Assembly (NCBI GenBank): GCA_951406725.2
Contig: OX597841.1
Location: forward strand, 2,666,001 to 2,730,000
Length of the DNA stretch: 64,000 nt
Source: Octopus vulgaris
Lineage: Eukaryota
Direction of reading: 5' to 3'
The notes below the pieces were generated by a model that made no database searches, had not been told where the DNA came from, and saw only the letters and a list, made by a program, of their open reading frames with translations. How positions within the stretch are numbered: position 1 is the stretch's first letter; each line of letters starts with the position of its first letter. Shown here piece by piece: positions 10,430 through 23,985 of this stretch. Both the position numbers and the translations under genes were made by a program.

Positions 10430-10768
10430 TGGCCGTTCGCCAGCCTCATCTGGCACCTGTGTCGGTGGCACATAAAAACACCATCCGAGCGTGGCCGTCT
10501 GCCAGCCTCGTCTGGCACCTGTGTCGGTGGCACATAAAAACACCATCCGAGCGTGGCCGTCTGCCAGCCTTGTCTGGCACCTGTGTCAGTGGCACATAAA
10601 ATCACCCACTACACTCTCGGAGTGGTTGGCGTTAGGAAGGGCATCCAGCTGTAGAAACACTGCCAGATCTGACTGGCCTGGTGCAGCCTTCGGGCTCCTC
10701 AGACCCCAGTTGAACCGTCCAACCCATGCTAGCATGGAAAGCAGACGTTAAATGATGATGATGATGAT
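10430..10768 (+). mobile_element. Non-autonomous retroelement with (GAT)n tail and ~61-bp internal repeats
   Basis: Reverse complement of the 1640-2225 element; ends gcatggaaagcagacgttaaatgatgatgatgat. Confidence 0.7.
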
Positions 10769-10987
10769 TCTGTGAAAGTAAATTGTCTTTTAAAAAAAAG
10801 TGGATTTTCCAATAGAAACCTGTAACGACAACAATAATGTAACAAAATTTCCAAAAATACATTTGATATTCAGTCGGGGGCCTTTTTTATGTGGATCTCG
10901 GTAATTTGTATACCTGTTGAATTGTTAACGATTCATGAAATTTTTGTTTATCCAAACGATGACCAGCATCCATGCAAAGACTATGGA

Positions 10988-11376
10988 TGGGAAGCACTCC
11001 GTCGGTTACGACGACGAGGGTTCCGGTTGATCCGAATCAACGGAACAGCCTGCTCGTGAAATTCACGTGTAAGTGGCTGAGCACTCCACAGACACGTGTA
11101 CCCTTAACGTAGTTCTCGGGGGATATTCAGCGTGACAAAGAGAGTGACAAGGCCGGCCCCTTTGAAATACAGGTACAACAGAAACAGGAAGTAAGAGTGA
11201 GAGAAAGTTGTGATGAAAGAGTACAGCAGGGATCACCACCATCCCCTGCCGGAGCCTCGTAGTGCTTTTAGGTGTTTTCGCTCAATAAACACTCACAACG
11301 CCCGGTCTGGGAATCGAAACCGCGATCCTACGACTGCGAGTCCGCTGCCCTAACCACTGGGCCATTGCACCTCCAC
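10988..11376 (-). mobile_element. tRNA(Arg)-like SINE, near full length
   Basis: Head gtggaggtgcaatggcccagtggttagggcagcggactcgcagtcgtaggatcgcggtttcgattcccagaccgggcg with Pol III A/B boxes and a TCG anticodon-like loop. Confidence 0.8.
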
Positions 11377-11529
11377 ACAAAGACTATAGAAGGGCGATGG
11401 ATGTTGATCAAGGAGAAAAAGAAAGATGACAATGTGGGATTCTTGGTGATTTATTTACATCATATCTTGATCAACATCCGTAATGACACAAATTAAGAGA
11501 TTTTGAATAACTATTCACAAATCTCATTT

Positions 11530-12200
11530 CATCATCATCATCATCGTTTAGCGTCCGCTTTCCATGCTGGCATGGGTTGGACGGTTCAACTGGGGTCTGG
11601 GAAGCCAGAAGGCTGCACCAGGCCCAGTCTGATCTGGCAGTGTTTCTACGGCTGGATGCCCTTCCTAACGCCAATAACATCAATAACTGCAGATGTGATT
11701 GTTTTCATCTATATCTATAAAATTCACTGTGTGTGTGTTTCTTCTATGCACACCTAAACTGCTGGATCAATCTACACCCCGCCCCCATACGGCCCTTCTG
11801 TTTTTTTGGGGGGGATTTTCCAGTGTTACTACTCTTTCACTTTTGATAACGCTAGAATCGTTTCACTTTTGACTTAGTTTTTTTGTTTTTTTTTGTTCAG
11901 CTGTATAATATTGTTGCATCATCATCATCGTCGTTTAATGTCTGCTTTCCATGCTGGCATGGGTTGGACGATTTGACTGAGGACTGGCAAACTAGATGGC
12001 TGCACCAGGCTCCAATCTGATCTGGCAGAGTTTCTACAGCTGGATGCCTTTCCTAACGCCAACCACTCCGAGAGTGTAGTGGGTGCTTTTACGTGCCATC
12101 AACATGAGGGCCAGTTTAGTGGTACTGGCAATGGCCACACTCAAATGGTGCTTTTTATGTGCCACCTGCACAGGAGCCAGTCTGGTGGCACTGGCACCGG
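11530..12200 (-). mobile_element. Two truncated copies of the (GAT)n-tailed retroelement (11530-11672, 11918-12200)
   Basis: (cat)n cgttta...ctttccatgctggcatgggttggacg termini. Confidence 0.65.
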
Positions 12201-12974
12201 TCTCGTTTTATGTACCTGTCATATCCATCGGTTTCGTTTTGTTTTTTTTTTTTGCTTTAAAGGTAAACAATTTTGATAGGACGGTTTTAAAGGAAAAGAA
12301 ACAGGTTTCTAAATCAAGAAATGTGTTCATACAGTAGGATATCTTTCAATTTATACGATAAACTGTATAAATTTTAAAGTTCAATATTCCCATGACATAA
12401 GTTAGAGATATCGACATGAGTTATTCAAGTTGTTCACGGAATGGACCTAATAAAATTAGCTCGATATTTCATATCTAAATTCGAAGTGACAAATGTCTAC
12501 TTGGGTATTGAACCTACCTCAGATCCAAGATTGAATCTACATTTTCCCCACTAGCCATACGGCCTATTGTTCTGTCAAGGACTAAAGCGGATTTATGTGT
12601 TCTCCCCTTCACTCTTAATCTTTTCTATGCCATGAAAAGTTGAAATGGATAACGAGTGGCCTGCATTAATTGATCCCTTGTTAGAGTGGTATACCTCATT
12701 TGCTATCTGCTCTGCATAAGCTCAGTGTCTGTAAAATTCACTGTGTGTGTGTGTGTGTGTGTGTGCATGCATGCATGTGTGTTTCTTCTATGTGCATAGC
12801 CAAACCGCTGGAGCATTCTGTACCAAATTTGATTTTTTATCAGAATAAATATATATAACATTCTTTAAACTTACGAGTGACACCAGGTACTTAGGCTAGT
12901 CTTATATAAATTACATGTACAGTTTTCATGTTATATTAAATATATACACATTTTTGTATTGGCTCTATCAGTTA

Positions 12975-13330
12975 TATGGTGATCTCATTCTCGCTCACAA
13001 CATCATAAGCAGAAAGTGTAACCTCTCGAAAGAGCTGTTCTTCACTCCTGCTCCAGAGCGTCGGCTGCGGGGTCACTCTGAAAAGCTCTATCTGCAACGA
13101 TTTCATCTCAATCGAAGGAGAGGGGCTTTCTCCGTCCAGGTCGTGGATTCGTGGAATAAGCTGCCGGACAAGATAGTGAAGATGCTGACGACTGCTCGGT
13201 TCTAAGTCTCTCTTGACCAGAAATGGCCTGAACTCTTTACATGAACACCCTCCCTATACATAACTCCATGTCCCCCTACATGGCCTTCCTTTTTGCATTT
13301 TGAGCCAAAAAATTAACTTAACTTAACTAT
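12975..13330 (+). mobile_element. CR1-like LINE 3' fragment
   Basis: GDLI...LRGHSEKLYLQRFHLNRRRGAFSVQVVDSWNKLPDKIV matches the CR1 ORF2 C-terminus; (taact)n tail near 13315. Confidence 0.75.
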
Positions 13331-15134
13331 TACATACATTGTTTTCATGAAATTCCAGGATATCGCCTGTTGGTAACTCCAGATTTCTATCACAGTATAC
13401 TTTCACGTTTTTAGGGGCAATTTACTTTCACTATTTTATAAGACTAAACTACATGTTAACCCAATTCTCTTTCCCCTTTTCATTTGCAAATGAAATGAGA
13501 CTTTTTTTCAAGCTTTTTACATTTGACACAAAGAAAAAAACGAATCTAAAAACAATCGATGTACTTCCTGTTATCAACCGTCACCGATTTCAAAGCAAGG
13601 TAATATTTCCACCCCACCCCCATGTCTGCACATATTTTCATGTTGATGTGCATTCATATGCGTTACATGATGTGAAGACACACACACACAAGACAGACTT
13701 CTTTCAGTTTCTGTCTTTCAAATTTGCTCAGATGGCTTTAGATGCACCGGTGCTATGAAACAAGATACTTGCTCAAGGTGCTGCTCTGTGCGGCTGAACT
13801 TCAAATCACATGGATGGAAATCAGTTACTTTCTTTTTCTAATTCTGTTGACTTTTCGTCACTCACCATTCTTGTTTGATCTGCAATAAAGATTGTAGGTC
13901 TTACAACTCTCCATGTGGCCATGTGTCTGCTCATCTCCCTTTAGTTTCACCTTCCAGTCGTGAATATTGAGGACTGTATTGGATGATGTAGTCATAGATA
14001 TACAACACTATACAAACAGACAGGATTGTCATGGATGGAATGTCATTAAACACATGTCTGCTCGGTCAGAAATGACCTGGATCTAAAGAACAGTATCAAG
14101 TTCTATTTCTGGAGAAGGACTAATGTTAGTGTCCCCTATTCTGTGGTTTTCTTTTCAAACTATTACACAATGTGGAGGGGTCAGTGTAGTTTACAAATAT
14201 GTCAGCCCCGCACGAGATTCTTTGATGTGAATTTAAATAAATTAAAATGTTAAGTTCATCATCATCATTTAAAGTTCACTGTCCATGGGTTGGATGGATT
14301 GGGCAAGGCTGGAGAAGCTGAAGCAGACTCCAGTCTGATTCTTCGTGGTACCGACCTCTTCATATTGCTTTTATGTGGCACTGCATGACCACTTTTATAA
14401 AGAATTGCCACAAATGCTTTGCACCAGCAGAGAGATGAGTCTGAGGACTTCTATTAAGGAGTAGAGTAAGTCGCCAGGGATCTCGTTCCTTTGTCATCTC
14501 ACCTGCAAGGTTTTTGAGCCCTTCGTCCCATGTCTTTCTGAGTGTCACACTTCCACACGTTCCATCTGCTTTTGAAGATCAGCACTTCTTTATGGAGCTG
14601 ACTGCTTCTAGCTCAGTTGTTAAGGTAATCTACAGATTATCTCAATAGAAATAAATCTCTATATTTTAAGTAGCCTCTGCATCTTACACTGTTGTTTCTT
14701 TATAATTTCAGAACATCACACAGCATTGACAGAACGGAAGAAACATCCTCAATATCTACCATGTTTTAAAGACTGAAGGAAACTATTATATGAAACACAT
14801 GTATCAGATTGTTTCTACAAATCTGCGGTAGAAATCCTGTGAAACATTTGCTTTGAAATAATATTAATAGTCAAGTTTGTGAACAACCCTGACTGGAGTG
14901 TGAAGAAGAGGTGCCTGTGTGTTGATTGAAGTTGGATAAATTAATTGAAGTGTTGCTAAACATAAGTAACACTGGTCAGAAATACAGCAGAAAAACTGTT
15001 TGTAAGAAATTAAGTGAAAGAACAAAAGCAAGAAAAATATATAAACTGGGATTTGAGAGGCAAAATATTGGAAGAGAGTGAAAAAATTGTATGATTGATT
15101 ACCTCTGAGCACATGATGAAAAAGATGCGATCAT

Positions 15135-16235
15135 ATGGCTATGATGTCTGTACAAAGTCCTTCTTTTAAAGAAAGTAAACTAATTATGCACAAACGTATT
15201 CATACAGGAGAGAAACCATATCAGTGTGATATCTGTGATAAATCATTCTCTTACAGTAGTTATTTATCTAGACACAAGCATATTCACACAGGAGAGAAAC
15301 CATATCCTTGTGATATCTGTGGTAAATCATTCTCTAGCAGTGGTTATGTTACTGCTCACAAGCGTACTCATACAGGAGAGAAACCATATCAGTGTGATAT
15401 CTGTGGTAAATCATTTTCAAGAAGTATTCACGTTACTGCACACAAGCGTACCCATACAGGAGAGAAACCATATCGTTGTGATATTTGTGGTAACTCTTTC
15501 TCTGAAAATACTGCCTTAACAAAACACAGTCGTCTTCATACAGGAGAGAAACCGTATCAGTGTGATATCTGCGATAAATCATTCACTCATAATTGTGTCT
15601 TAATTGCACATAAACGTATTCATTCAGGAGAGAAACCATATCATTGTGATATCTGTGGTAAATCATTCTCTGAAAGTAGTCACTTAACTAGACACAACTC
15701 TATTCATACAGGAGAGAAACCATATCATTGTGATATTTGTGGTAAATCATTCTCTCAAAATTGTAACTTAAGGAATCACAAACATCTTCATACAGGAGAG
15801 AAACCGTATCAGTGTGATATCTGTGACAAATCATTCACTCATCTTAGTATCTTAACTACACATATACGTATTCATACGGGAGAGAAACCGTATCACTGTG
15901 ACATCTGTGGTAAATCATTCTCTGAAAGTAGCACATTAACTAGACACACACATATTCATACAGGAGAGAAACCATATCATTGTGATATCTGTGGTAAATC
16001 ATTCTCTCAAAATAGTAACTTAACAGAACACAAATATATACATACTGGAGAGAGACCATATCACTGCGATATCTGTGGTAAATCATTCTCTAACTGTAGT
16101 CACTTATCTAGACACAAACATGTTCATTCAGGAGTGAAACCATATCATTGTGATGTCTGTGGTAAATCATTCTCTCAAAATTGTGACTTAACAAGACACA
16201 GACATATTCATACAGGGAAGAAAGGCAAAGGGTAG
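15135..16235 (+). CDS. ZNF2: C2H2 zinc-finger protein, 12 fingers
   Basis: Intact finger repeats ending GKKGKG*; candidate acceptor at 14711. Confidence 0.9.
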   Translation: MAMMSVQSPSFKESKLIMHKRIHTGEKPYQCDICDKSFSYSSYLSRHKHIHTGEKPYPCDICGKSFSSSGYVTAHKRTHTGEKPYQCDICGKSFSRSIHVTAHKRTHTGEKPYRCDICGNSFSENTALTKHSRLHTGEKPYQCDICDKSFTHNCVLIAHKRIHSGEKPYHCDICGKSFSESSHLTRHNSIHTGEKPYHCDICGKSFSQNCNLRNHKHLHTGEKPYQCDICDKSFTHLSILTTHIRIHTGEKPYHCDICGKSFSESSTLTRHTHIHTGEKPYHCDICGKSFSQNSNLTEHKYIHTGERPYHCDICGKSFSNCSHLSRHKHVHSGVKPYHCDVCGKSFSQNCDLTRHRHIHTGKKGKG

Positions 16236-16685
16236 TTTCTTGTTTGCTATATGTTTTCTGATATTACCGTGTTTCGTGCAATGGAAAAAAATGACTTTAA
16301 AATATTTCAGAAGTTCAAAATTTTATGTTTTGATTTTGCAATCATCACCTCTCCTTGTTCCATAACTGCTTGCACGGGTTCCTTTCTTTAATGTAAGGAC
16401 CTTTTGTACCAAAGCTCTTCTCCACCTGACATTATTGAATATTGCATCCTGTAAATACAGACTTTCGACTTCGGTTAAAATCTCTCAGACTTTGCTCTGT
16501 CTGGAAGAGGAAGTTCTTGCAGCTTAGAGGTATATAGCATAGAAGACAATTGGAAGATTTGGAAGAAAAGCTAGGGACAAGTCTGTTTAGCAAGGAATAA
16601 AAAGTTATGCCAATATTTTACAGACTGGGGACCCAAAATAGGAAGTATTCTGGTTTTCAGATATTAGGAGATAATAGTTTACTCA

Positions 16686-16873
16686 AGGTGGCATGTAAAA
16701 AACACCCACTACACTCGCGGAGTGGTTGGCGTTAGGAAGGGCATCCAGCCGTAGAAACACTGCCAGATCTGACTGGGCCTGACGAAGCCTTCCAGCTTCA
16801 CAGACCCCAGTTGACCCGTCCAACCCATGCTAGTATGGAAAGCGGACGCTAAATGATGATGATGATGATGATG
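16686..16873 (+). mobile_element. 3' part of the (GAT)n-tailed retroelement
   Basis: cccactacactcgcggagtggttggcgttagg...gcggacgctaaatgatgatgatgatg. Confidence 0.7.
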
Positions 16874-17919
16874 AAGGTGGCCACCACAGCTTCAAGAAGT
16901 CTCTGGAAGAACCTGGCATATACGTTGCTCGCTTTGTCTCTGGGAAAACCTTTGAACACCTCTTTGGTCTTAACTACCGGCTCAGAATTGCTGGTGCAGG
17001 CAAAGGTCCTTCTTCTGCTGCCACCCATGACCTTCTGGCAGGTCCCTTCCTCAGCAAACATTGAGCAGCATTTTTGATACTCAGCTTGAGTCATCATGAT
17101 GCGGGTAACTCTCTTCCAATATTCAGATAGCTTCCAGACCTCTATGTTAGTTAACTGTTTTTGAACTACAACTTTAATCTTTATTCTCCCCGACAACATT
17201 GACTATTCACGAATACATCAAGTTTTGTCTGAAAGGAGGGCGTATAAAATATTTTGAAATTTAGCCTGAATACCCTTATGTACCAATGTATATACTCACA
17301 AAACTGCAGATGCATCCAGTGTTTTATAAAGGCATCATATAAATGTATCTTTTACATAAATTACACTTGTTGACTCCCTTTGTTTTTCAGTCTCTTGTGT
17401 GTTTACACCCCTAAAGCATTGAAACATTTCATTTTCACGAATAATGAATTTCACTTACAAAATCTGCCGATCAAAGAGAGAATCGTCCATAAATAGGAAT
17501 AAAAAGAAATAAAATTCTCTATGAGAAATAACTCAACACTTAGATCTACTTTCTGTCTATTGCTGTCAATGTACCTTTTTTTGCTAGTTACCACACTCTC
17601 TCTCATATATATATATATATATGTATATAAAAGCTCTCATGCATTGGGTAAAACTTCATCTTCTAATGTTTGCTTTTATTTTATCACAACTATCATCTAC
17701 AAATCCTGTTTTCTGATTGTGTAAAATAATCAAACTTTAAACCTCTATAACATTTTTATAAAGTTTACGGTGAATAAATAAATTTCAATCTCAGATTTGG
17801 TGTGAAAATGTTCATCAATCTACGAACTCTGTACTTTTTCTGTTACTTTTGAAAGTCCAAAACCTGACGGCAACAAAAAAAGGCCTCTCTATTTGCTAGC
17901 TGAAAACGGCCAAGCAGAT

Positions 17920-18345
17920 TTAAGAAACCCTGATCTCTTCTAGTAATATTCGAGCCAACGCAATCAGCGCGTGCATCACAGATTGCGTAAAGTTTCCTAA
18001 CATAACTATAGAATGAGACAAAGTAAGAAATTTCTCAATGCTCCGAAGAAACTCAGCTTTATCTGCCCCTTTTGCAGGGGCGTAAACACATATCAACCTG
18101 AAAGACTTACTGCTGTACGTCACATCCACAATGACCAGCTTGCCCTCCTGAACAGCACAAGGATAGCTCCCTACTCCAGGTGGGCATGGAGAAATAAATT
18201 TCTTGTAGCCATTTAGGAGGGGAGAGAGATCCCTCCGTCTGCTCACCCTGGACTCTGTCGCAACTATACCATCCAGACGGTGGGACCTGAGGTCATGTAG
18301 GAGACGGTCTTGTTTCCAAGTTGTCCTCAGGCCGTGAACATTTAA
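17920..18345 (-). pseudogene. L1/Tx1-type LINE apurinic endonuclease fragment
   Basis: NVHGL...ATESR...EGKLVIVDV....FRLICVYAP....FLRSIEKFL....IVMLGNF corresponds to the NVxGL/QET/GR/VYAP/GDFN motifs of L1-clade endonucleases. Confidence 0.7.
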
Positions 18346-18499
18346 ACACCCAAAATTAAGAATGTCCGTAGAAAGAAATTCAAATACTCACCACTTCCGG
18401 GGCTTTCAGGGTACTGTCGGTGAGGCCCTGATAAATTTGGTAGAGAAAATCGTTCCTCAAAGTTTCCATATCTTTGTCGAACTCTTAAATAAAATGTAC

Positions 18500-19125
18500 G
18501 GATCTTTTCCTTTTGAACAGCAGACAATTTCTAGTTAACTAAACACTTTAAAACTTCGTATACTGGTAGAATGTATCAAAATAAAACATTTTTTTCTCTT
18601 GGCTTTCTTGAGAAAATTAATTTGTTTGTTTAGCGTAGTTTGATTTTTCGAATTTTAACCAATCCTATGATCACTTTTGAGCTAAAATCATTTGCTGCGT
18701 CTAAAACTGAGACAACGTCATGTCACTAACCCTAAACCTGCCCCCTAACCCTAAATTTTTTTTTTCCTAATTGTTACATTAATTTAATTGTTACGCATGT
18801 AAAAAAAACTAAAGCAATGGAATTAAGTTAATTTGACAATTACGAAAAAAAATCAGGGTTAGGGGGGAGGTTTAGGGTTAGTTACAGGATGTTGTCTCAG
18901 TTTTTTACGCAGCAAATGATTTTAGTTGAATGGAGGTAATCGATTGGTTAAAATTGCCGAAATGCTCGGATTTTCAGACGAAATATCTTAGAAACTATAG
19001 AATTTTCTCAATAAAGCCAAGAGAAAATGATGTTTTATAAACACATTCTACCAGTATACGAAGTTTAAAAGTGTTTAGTTAACTAGAAATTGTGTTGACA
19101 TCTGCCGTTGAAAAGGAAAAGATCG
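18500..19125. mobile_element. Long-TIR MITE, possibly Merlin-derived
   Basis: ggatcttttccttttgaac...aaacttcgtatactggtagaatg is mirrored by cattctaccagtatacgaagttt...gaaaaggaaaagatcg; inner arms carry taaccctaa/ttagggtta; flanks aaatgtac/aaacgtaa match 6/8. Confidence 0.8.
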
Positions 19126-19304
19126 AAACGTAATTAGTTGTTATAGCAAATATTAAAACGTCTTTAAGGATCCTCTTCTCTAACTTCCGTGTAATGTTGT
19201 GGGTGTATTGAATGTCTCTTAATTTCTGAAGTAGCATTGGGTTTCTAGCAGCTATTGTAGTATTAGTTTAAGTCTGTATGGGATGGGTGTGACAAAAAGA
19301 AATA

Positions 19305-20245
19305 TAATTAACTGCAATATATACAAGTGGGCTGAAAAGAATAGCATGCAGTTCAATGCTGAAAAGCTTCAAGCTTTATGCTATCAGCATGCAAAACTAA
19401 ATGCAATACCCAATGAATACACTGGACCTGGAGGGATTGCAATCCCAGAGGCACAATTAGTGCATGACCTGGGTATTTACATGAGTGATGATACAACCTT
19501 TCATGTGCATGTTGCTAAATTTGCAATGAAATGTAGGCGGCTGACCGGATGCATTCTTAGAACCTTCAGAACAAGAGACCAGGAAACCATGATGGTCCTC
19601 TAGAGAACACTTGTCCTAAGCCACTTTGACTATTGCTCTCAGCTATGGTCACCATCCAGTGTCAAGTTAATCACAGAACTTGAGGCGATCCAACGAATCT
19701 ACACGAAGAAGATAGCCTCTGTGCAGCATATAAGCTACTGGGAAAGACTCAAGAGATTAAGACTCTATTCGTTAGAGCGTAGGCGAGAAAGATATGCCAT
19801 AATATACATCTGGAAGATCCTGGAAGGACTTGTCCCAAACTTTGGCATTGAGAGTTACACAAATGCCAGAACTGGGAGCCACTGCGTGGTGCCAAGGACT
19901 CCAAATTTGCCATCAAGATGTAGGAAAAGATACTGTGATAGCCTGGGCTTCATAGGACCACAGCTGTACAATATCCTCCCGAGGAACCAGAGAGATCTGC
20001 ATGGGGTGGATGTAAGTGTCTTCAGAATAACTGGACCTATTAATTTCAAGTGTCCCTGATGAGTCAACTTCACGGCAGGAGGAGTAGATGAGGCAGCCGC
20101 ATCGAACTCTCTCATGCACCAAATGGCAGTTGCTAAAAAGCATTCGTCAAGTAAAATCATGTAGCAACACCAAATGGCGGTGCCCCAGCATGGCCACAGC
20201 TCGTGAGCTGAAACTGAATAAAATAATAATAAAATAAATAAATAA
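19305..20245 (+). mobile_element. CR1/L2-like LINE, 5'-truncated, with 3' UTR and A-rich tail
   Basis: IYKWAEKNSMQFNAEK...DLGI...YWERLKRLRLYSLERRRERYAIIYIWKIL, with stops and frameshifts; tail aataaaataataat. Confidence 0.85.
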
Positions 20246-20289
20246 GATATTAAACCCAATTGATTTAAGGAGACTTAGCTCCCTTCGCT

Positions 20290-20476
20290 ATTTTCTACCG
20301 ACACATGCGCGTTTAAACGTCCTTCCTGCTTGACGTTGATATCTGGTTAAATGTGCAGGTGCGTGAATGTCTCTTAATCAGCTAATAATACATTTATAAT
20401 AGTTCTAATGTATTCCTCAACTGCCAGACACACACATACATAACAACACTGTCCTTTATGAAACAGTTCCGTAAGT
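20290..20476 (+). promoter_or_regulatory. Putative promoter/exon 1 module of ZNF3; homologous donors at 26988, 33335, 38894, 44775, 51241, 57872, 63656
   Basis: acacatgcgcgt...cctcaactgccagac...atgaaacagttcc|GTAAGT (20471); acceptors ttcag| at 21435, 28631, 34291, 39859, 46412, 54066, 58822, most preceded by a ctgac branch-like motif. Confidence 0.55.
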
Positions 20477-21908
20477 ATTAAACAATGAAAATATTCAATG
20501 TTTTTAATTCTGTAGACGTTTCGGTTTTTGGCGACTCATTTCTTAGTTTCTCTTCTATGTTTTATGAATAAGAGATGTCCTTCGTTTGTGCGAGATTTGG
20601 CTGTTATTTCTAGCTACGTGTGTGATTTAGGTGCTATTTCTAGCTTTGGAAGCTACCGTCTGCACTCTCCATCGTTGCCCCGTTTGTTGCGTGTTTTAGT
20701 TTGAGAAATGTACTGAAAGACACCCTGACCACTGAAATGTTTAGAAGCCAAAACCTTATTTGGTTAATGTTTACAACATTACTTGGAAACGAAATAAAAT
20801 AAATTAATAAAAGACTTCCACCAATGCCCACCCCTATTTTCTCCCAGATTTGTTTATTGAATATTAATTAATTTTTTTTTGCCAAAAATCCCTGTTTTCG
20901 GATAAGGAGATTCCGGAAAATTTCCAAAAATCGGCATTGTGAAAATTCCCCGACTAACTTCTTCAGTCTGAATTGTCACGGTTTCTACTGGATGCCTTTC
21001 CAAGTGCCAACCACTTCATATTGTGCCATAGGGTGCTTTTATGTGGCACCACATGGACATTTGAATGTAGCAGCATTTTTAAATGGCATTGCATGGCTAC
21101 TTTTATGAGGAATGGCCGTAAGTGCTTTTAACTAGAAGAGGGATGAGTCTTAACACATCTGTTATGAAGTGTGGATCTTCTTGAGTACAACAAGGCACCA
21201 GGAATGTTGGTCCTTTGTCATCTCACCTGAAAAGTTCTTCAGCACTTCATAGCCTGTCTTTCTGGGTGACCCACATGTTCCATCTGCTTTTAGAGGTTAG
21301 CACTTCTTTATGGTGCTGTCAGCATCCAGCTCAGTTAAGGCAAATGTTTATTTCTTCAGATTATCTCTATAGAAATGAATCATTTATTTTTTTAAATAGC
21401 CTCTACATCTGACACTTCTTTGTCTTTAATTTCAGAGCATCAGATGACAGTGGTGTAACGGAAGACGAACCCTCAACTCTATCCTGTTTTAAAGACTAAA
21501 AGAAAATATTCTATGAAACAGATGTATCAGATTGGTTTTACAAAACTGTAGAAGAATTCCTGTGAAACATTTGTTCTGAAAAAATGTTATTAGCCAAGTT
21601 TCTGGACATCACCAACTGGAGTGTGAAGAAGAGAAGCCTGTGTGCTGATTGAAGTTGGATAAATTAATTGAAGTGTTGCTAAACATAAGTAACACTGGAC
21701 AGAAATACAGCAGAAGAACTGTTTGCAAGAAATAAAGTATAAAAGCAGAAAGAAGAACAAATATAAACTGGGATTTGAGAGGCAAAATATTGGAAGAGAG
21801 TGAAAAAATTGTATGATTCATTTCTTCTGAACACATGAGAGAAGTGATTAGATCATGTGACTGTGATATCTTTACAGATGTCTTATTTTAAAAGAAAGTA
21901 AACTAATT

Positions 21909-23531
21909 ATGCACAAACGTATTCATATGGGGGAGAAACCCTATCATTGTGATGTCTGTGGTAATTCCTTCTCTCACAGTAGTTACTTATCTAGACACAA
22001 ACGTATTCACACTGGAGAGAAACCATATGCTTGTGATATCTGTGGTAAATCATTCTCTCAGAGTGGTGATGTTACTGCTCACAAACGTACTCATACAGGA
22101 GAGAAACCATATCATTGTGATATCTGTGGTAAATCATTTACTAACATTAGTCATGTAACTATACACAGGCGTACTCATACAGGTGAGAAACCATATCACT
22201 GTGACATCTGTGGTAAATCATTCTCTGAAAATAGAATCTTAACTGCCCACAAACGTACTCATACAGGTGAGAAACCATATCACTGTGATATCTGTGGTAA
22301 ATCATTCTCTTATAATTGTGTCTTAACTGCACATAGACGTATTCACACAGGAGAGAAACCATATCATTGTGATATTTGTGGTAAATCATTCTCTCATAAT
22401 AATGTCTTAACTAGACACAAACGTTTTCATACAGGGGAGAAACCACATCATTGTGAAATCTGTGGTAAATCATTCTCTGACGATAGAAACTTAATGAATC
22501 ACAAACGTATTCATACAGGAGAGAAACCATATCATTGTGAAATCTGTGGTAAATCATTCTCTAAAAACTCTAATTTAACTATACACAAACGTATTCACAC
22601 AGGAGAGAAACCATTTCACTGCGATATCTGTGGTAAATCATTCTCTTATAATTGTGTCTTAACTGCACATAAACGTATTCATACAGGAGAGAAGCCATAT
22701 CATTGCGAAATCTGTGGTAAATCATTCTCTAAAAATGATTATTTAACTATACACAAACGTGTTCATACAGGGGAGAAACCATTTCACTGCAATATCTGTG
22801 GTAAATCATTCTCTGACAATAGAAACTTAATGAATCACAAACTGATTCATACAGGAGAGAAACCATATCACTGTGATATCTGTGGTAAATCATTCACTGA
22901 CAATAGAAACTTAATCAATCACAAACTGATTCATACAGGAGAGAAACCATATCATTGTGATATCTGTGGTAAATCATTCTCTAACAATAGAAACTTAATC
23001 AATCACAAACTGATTCATACAGGAGAGAAACCATATCATTGTGAAATCTGTGGTAAATCATTCTCTCAGAATTATGACTTAACTGCCCATAAACGTATTC
23101 ATACAGGAGAGAAACCATATCATTGTGAAATCTGTGGTAAATCATTCTCTGACAATAGAAACTTAACTGCACATAAACGTCTTCATACAGGAGAGAAACC
23201 AATTCAATGTAATATCTGTGGTAAAGCATTTTCTCAAAATTCTGTCTTAACAAGACACAAACATATTCATACAGGTGAGAAACCATATCACTGTGATATC
23301 TGTGGTAAATCATTCTCTCAAAGTATTAACTTATCTACACACATACGTATTCACACAGGAGAGAAACCATATCAGTGTGACATCTGTGGTAAACTATTCT
23401 CTGTCAGTTCTGCCGTATCCAGACACATGCGTATTCATACTGTAGAGAAGCCATACCACTGTGATATCTGTGGTAAATCATTCTCTGAGAATAGTGTTTT
23501 AGCTGCACATAAACGTATTCATACAGGGTAG
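21909..23531 (+). CDS. ZNF3: C2H2 protein, 19 fingers, ended by GAG>TAG in a TGEKP linker
   Basis: Intact fingers, then ACA GGG TAG AAA CCA. Confidence 0.85.
   Translation: MHKRIHMGEKPYHCDVCGNSFSHSSYLSRHKRIHTGEKPYACDICGKSFSQSGDVTAHKRTHTGEKPYHCDICGKSFTNISHVTIHRRTHTGEKPYHCDICGKSFSENRILTAHKRTHTGEKPYHCDICGKSFSYNCVLTAHRRIHTGEKPYHCDICGKSFSHNNVLTRHKRFHTGEKPHHCEICGKSFSDDRNLMNHKRIHTGEKPYHCEICGKSFSKNSNLTIHKRIHTGEKPFHCDICGKSFSYNCVLTAHKRIHTGEKPYHCEICGKSFSKNDYLTIHKRVHTGEKPFHCNICGKSFSDNRNLMNHKLIHTGEKPYHCDICGKSFTDNRNLINHKLIHTGEKPYHCDICGKSFSNNRNLINHKLIHTGEKPYHCEICGKSFSQNYDLTAHKRIHTGEKPYHCEICGKSFSDNRNLTAHKRLHTGEKPIQCNICGKAFSQNSVLTRHKHIHTGEKPYHCDICGKSFSQSINLSTHIRIHTGEKPYQCDICGKLFSVSSAVSRHMRIHTVEKPYHCDICGKSFSENSVLAAHKRIHTG

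Positions 23532-23985
<454 letters not shown>

Noticed and set aside
11300-11376. tRNA gene (also 5698-5773 and 913-990)
   Set aside because: tRNA-like heads are joined to SINE bodies that recur in the window, and the cloverleaf is imperfect.
16849-17199. 116-aa minus-strand ORF near the L1/Tx1 fragment
   Set aside because: No recognisable motif and it ends in a microsatellite; possibly TE debris but cannot be assigned.
18725-18882. Telomere-like taaccctaa/ttagggtta motifs
   Set aside because: Only a few units, arranged as internal arms of the MITE.
21609-21836. 75-aa antisense ORF (MCSEEMNH...) and other ORFs recurring in every unit (MFRGLLPQ..., MGIGGSLL..., MSSHLKSS...)
   Set aside because: Recurrence is explained by recent duplication; they overlap leader, intron or TE sequence and show no recognisable domain.
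23529-23531. A-to-I editing (UAG>UGG) or readthrough of the linker stop to restore full-length proteins
   Set aside because: The downstream tail has deletions and lost His/Cys residues, plus a TAA and frameshift in ZNF6/9, so readthrough would add at most about one finger.
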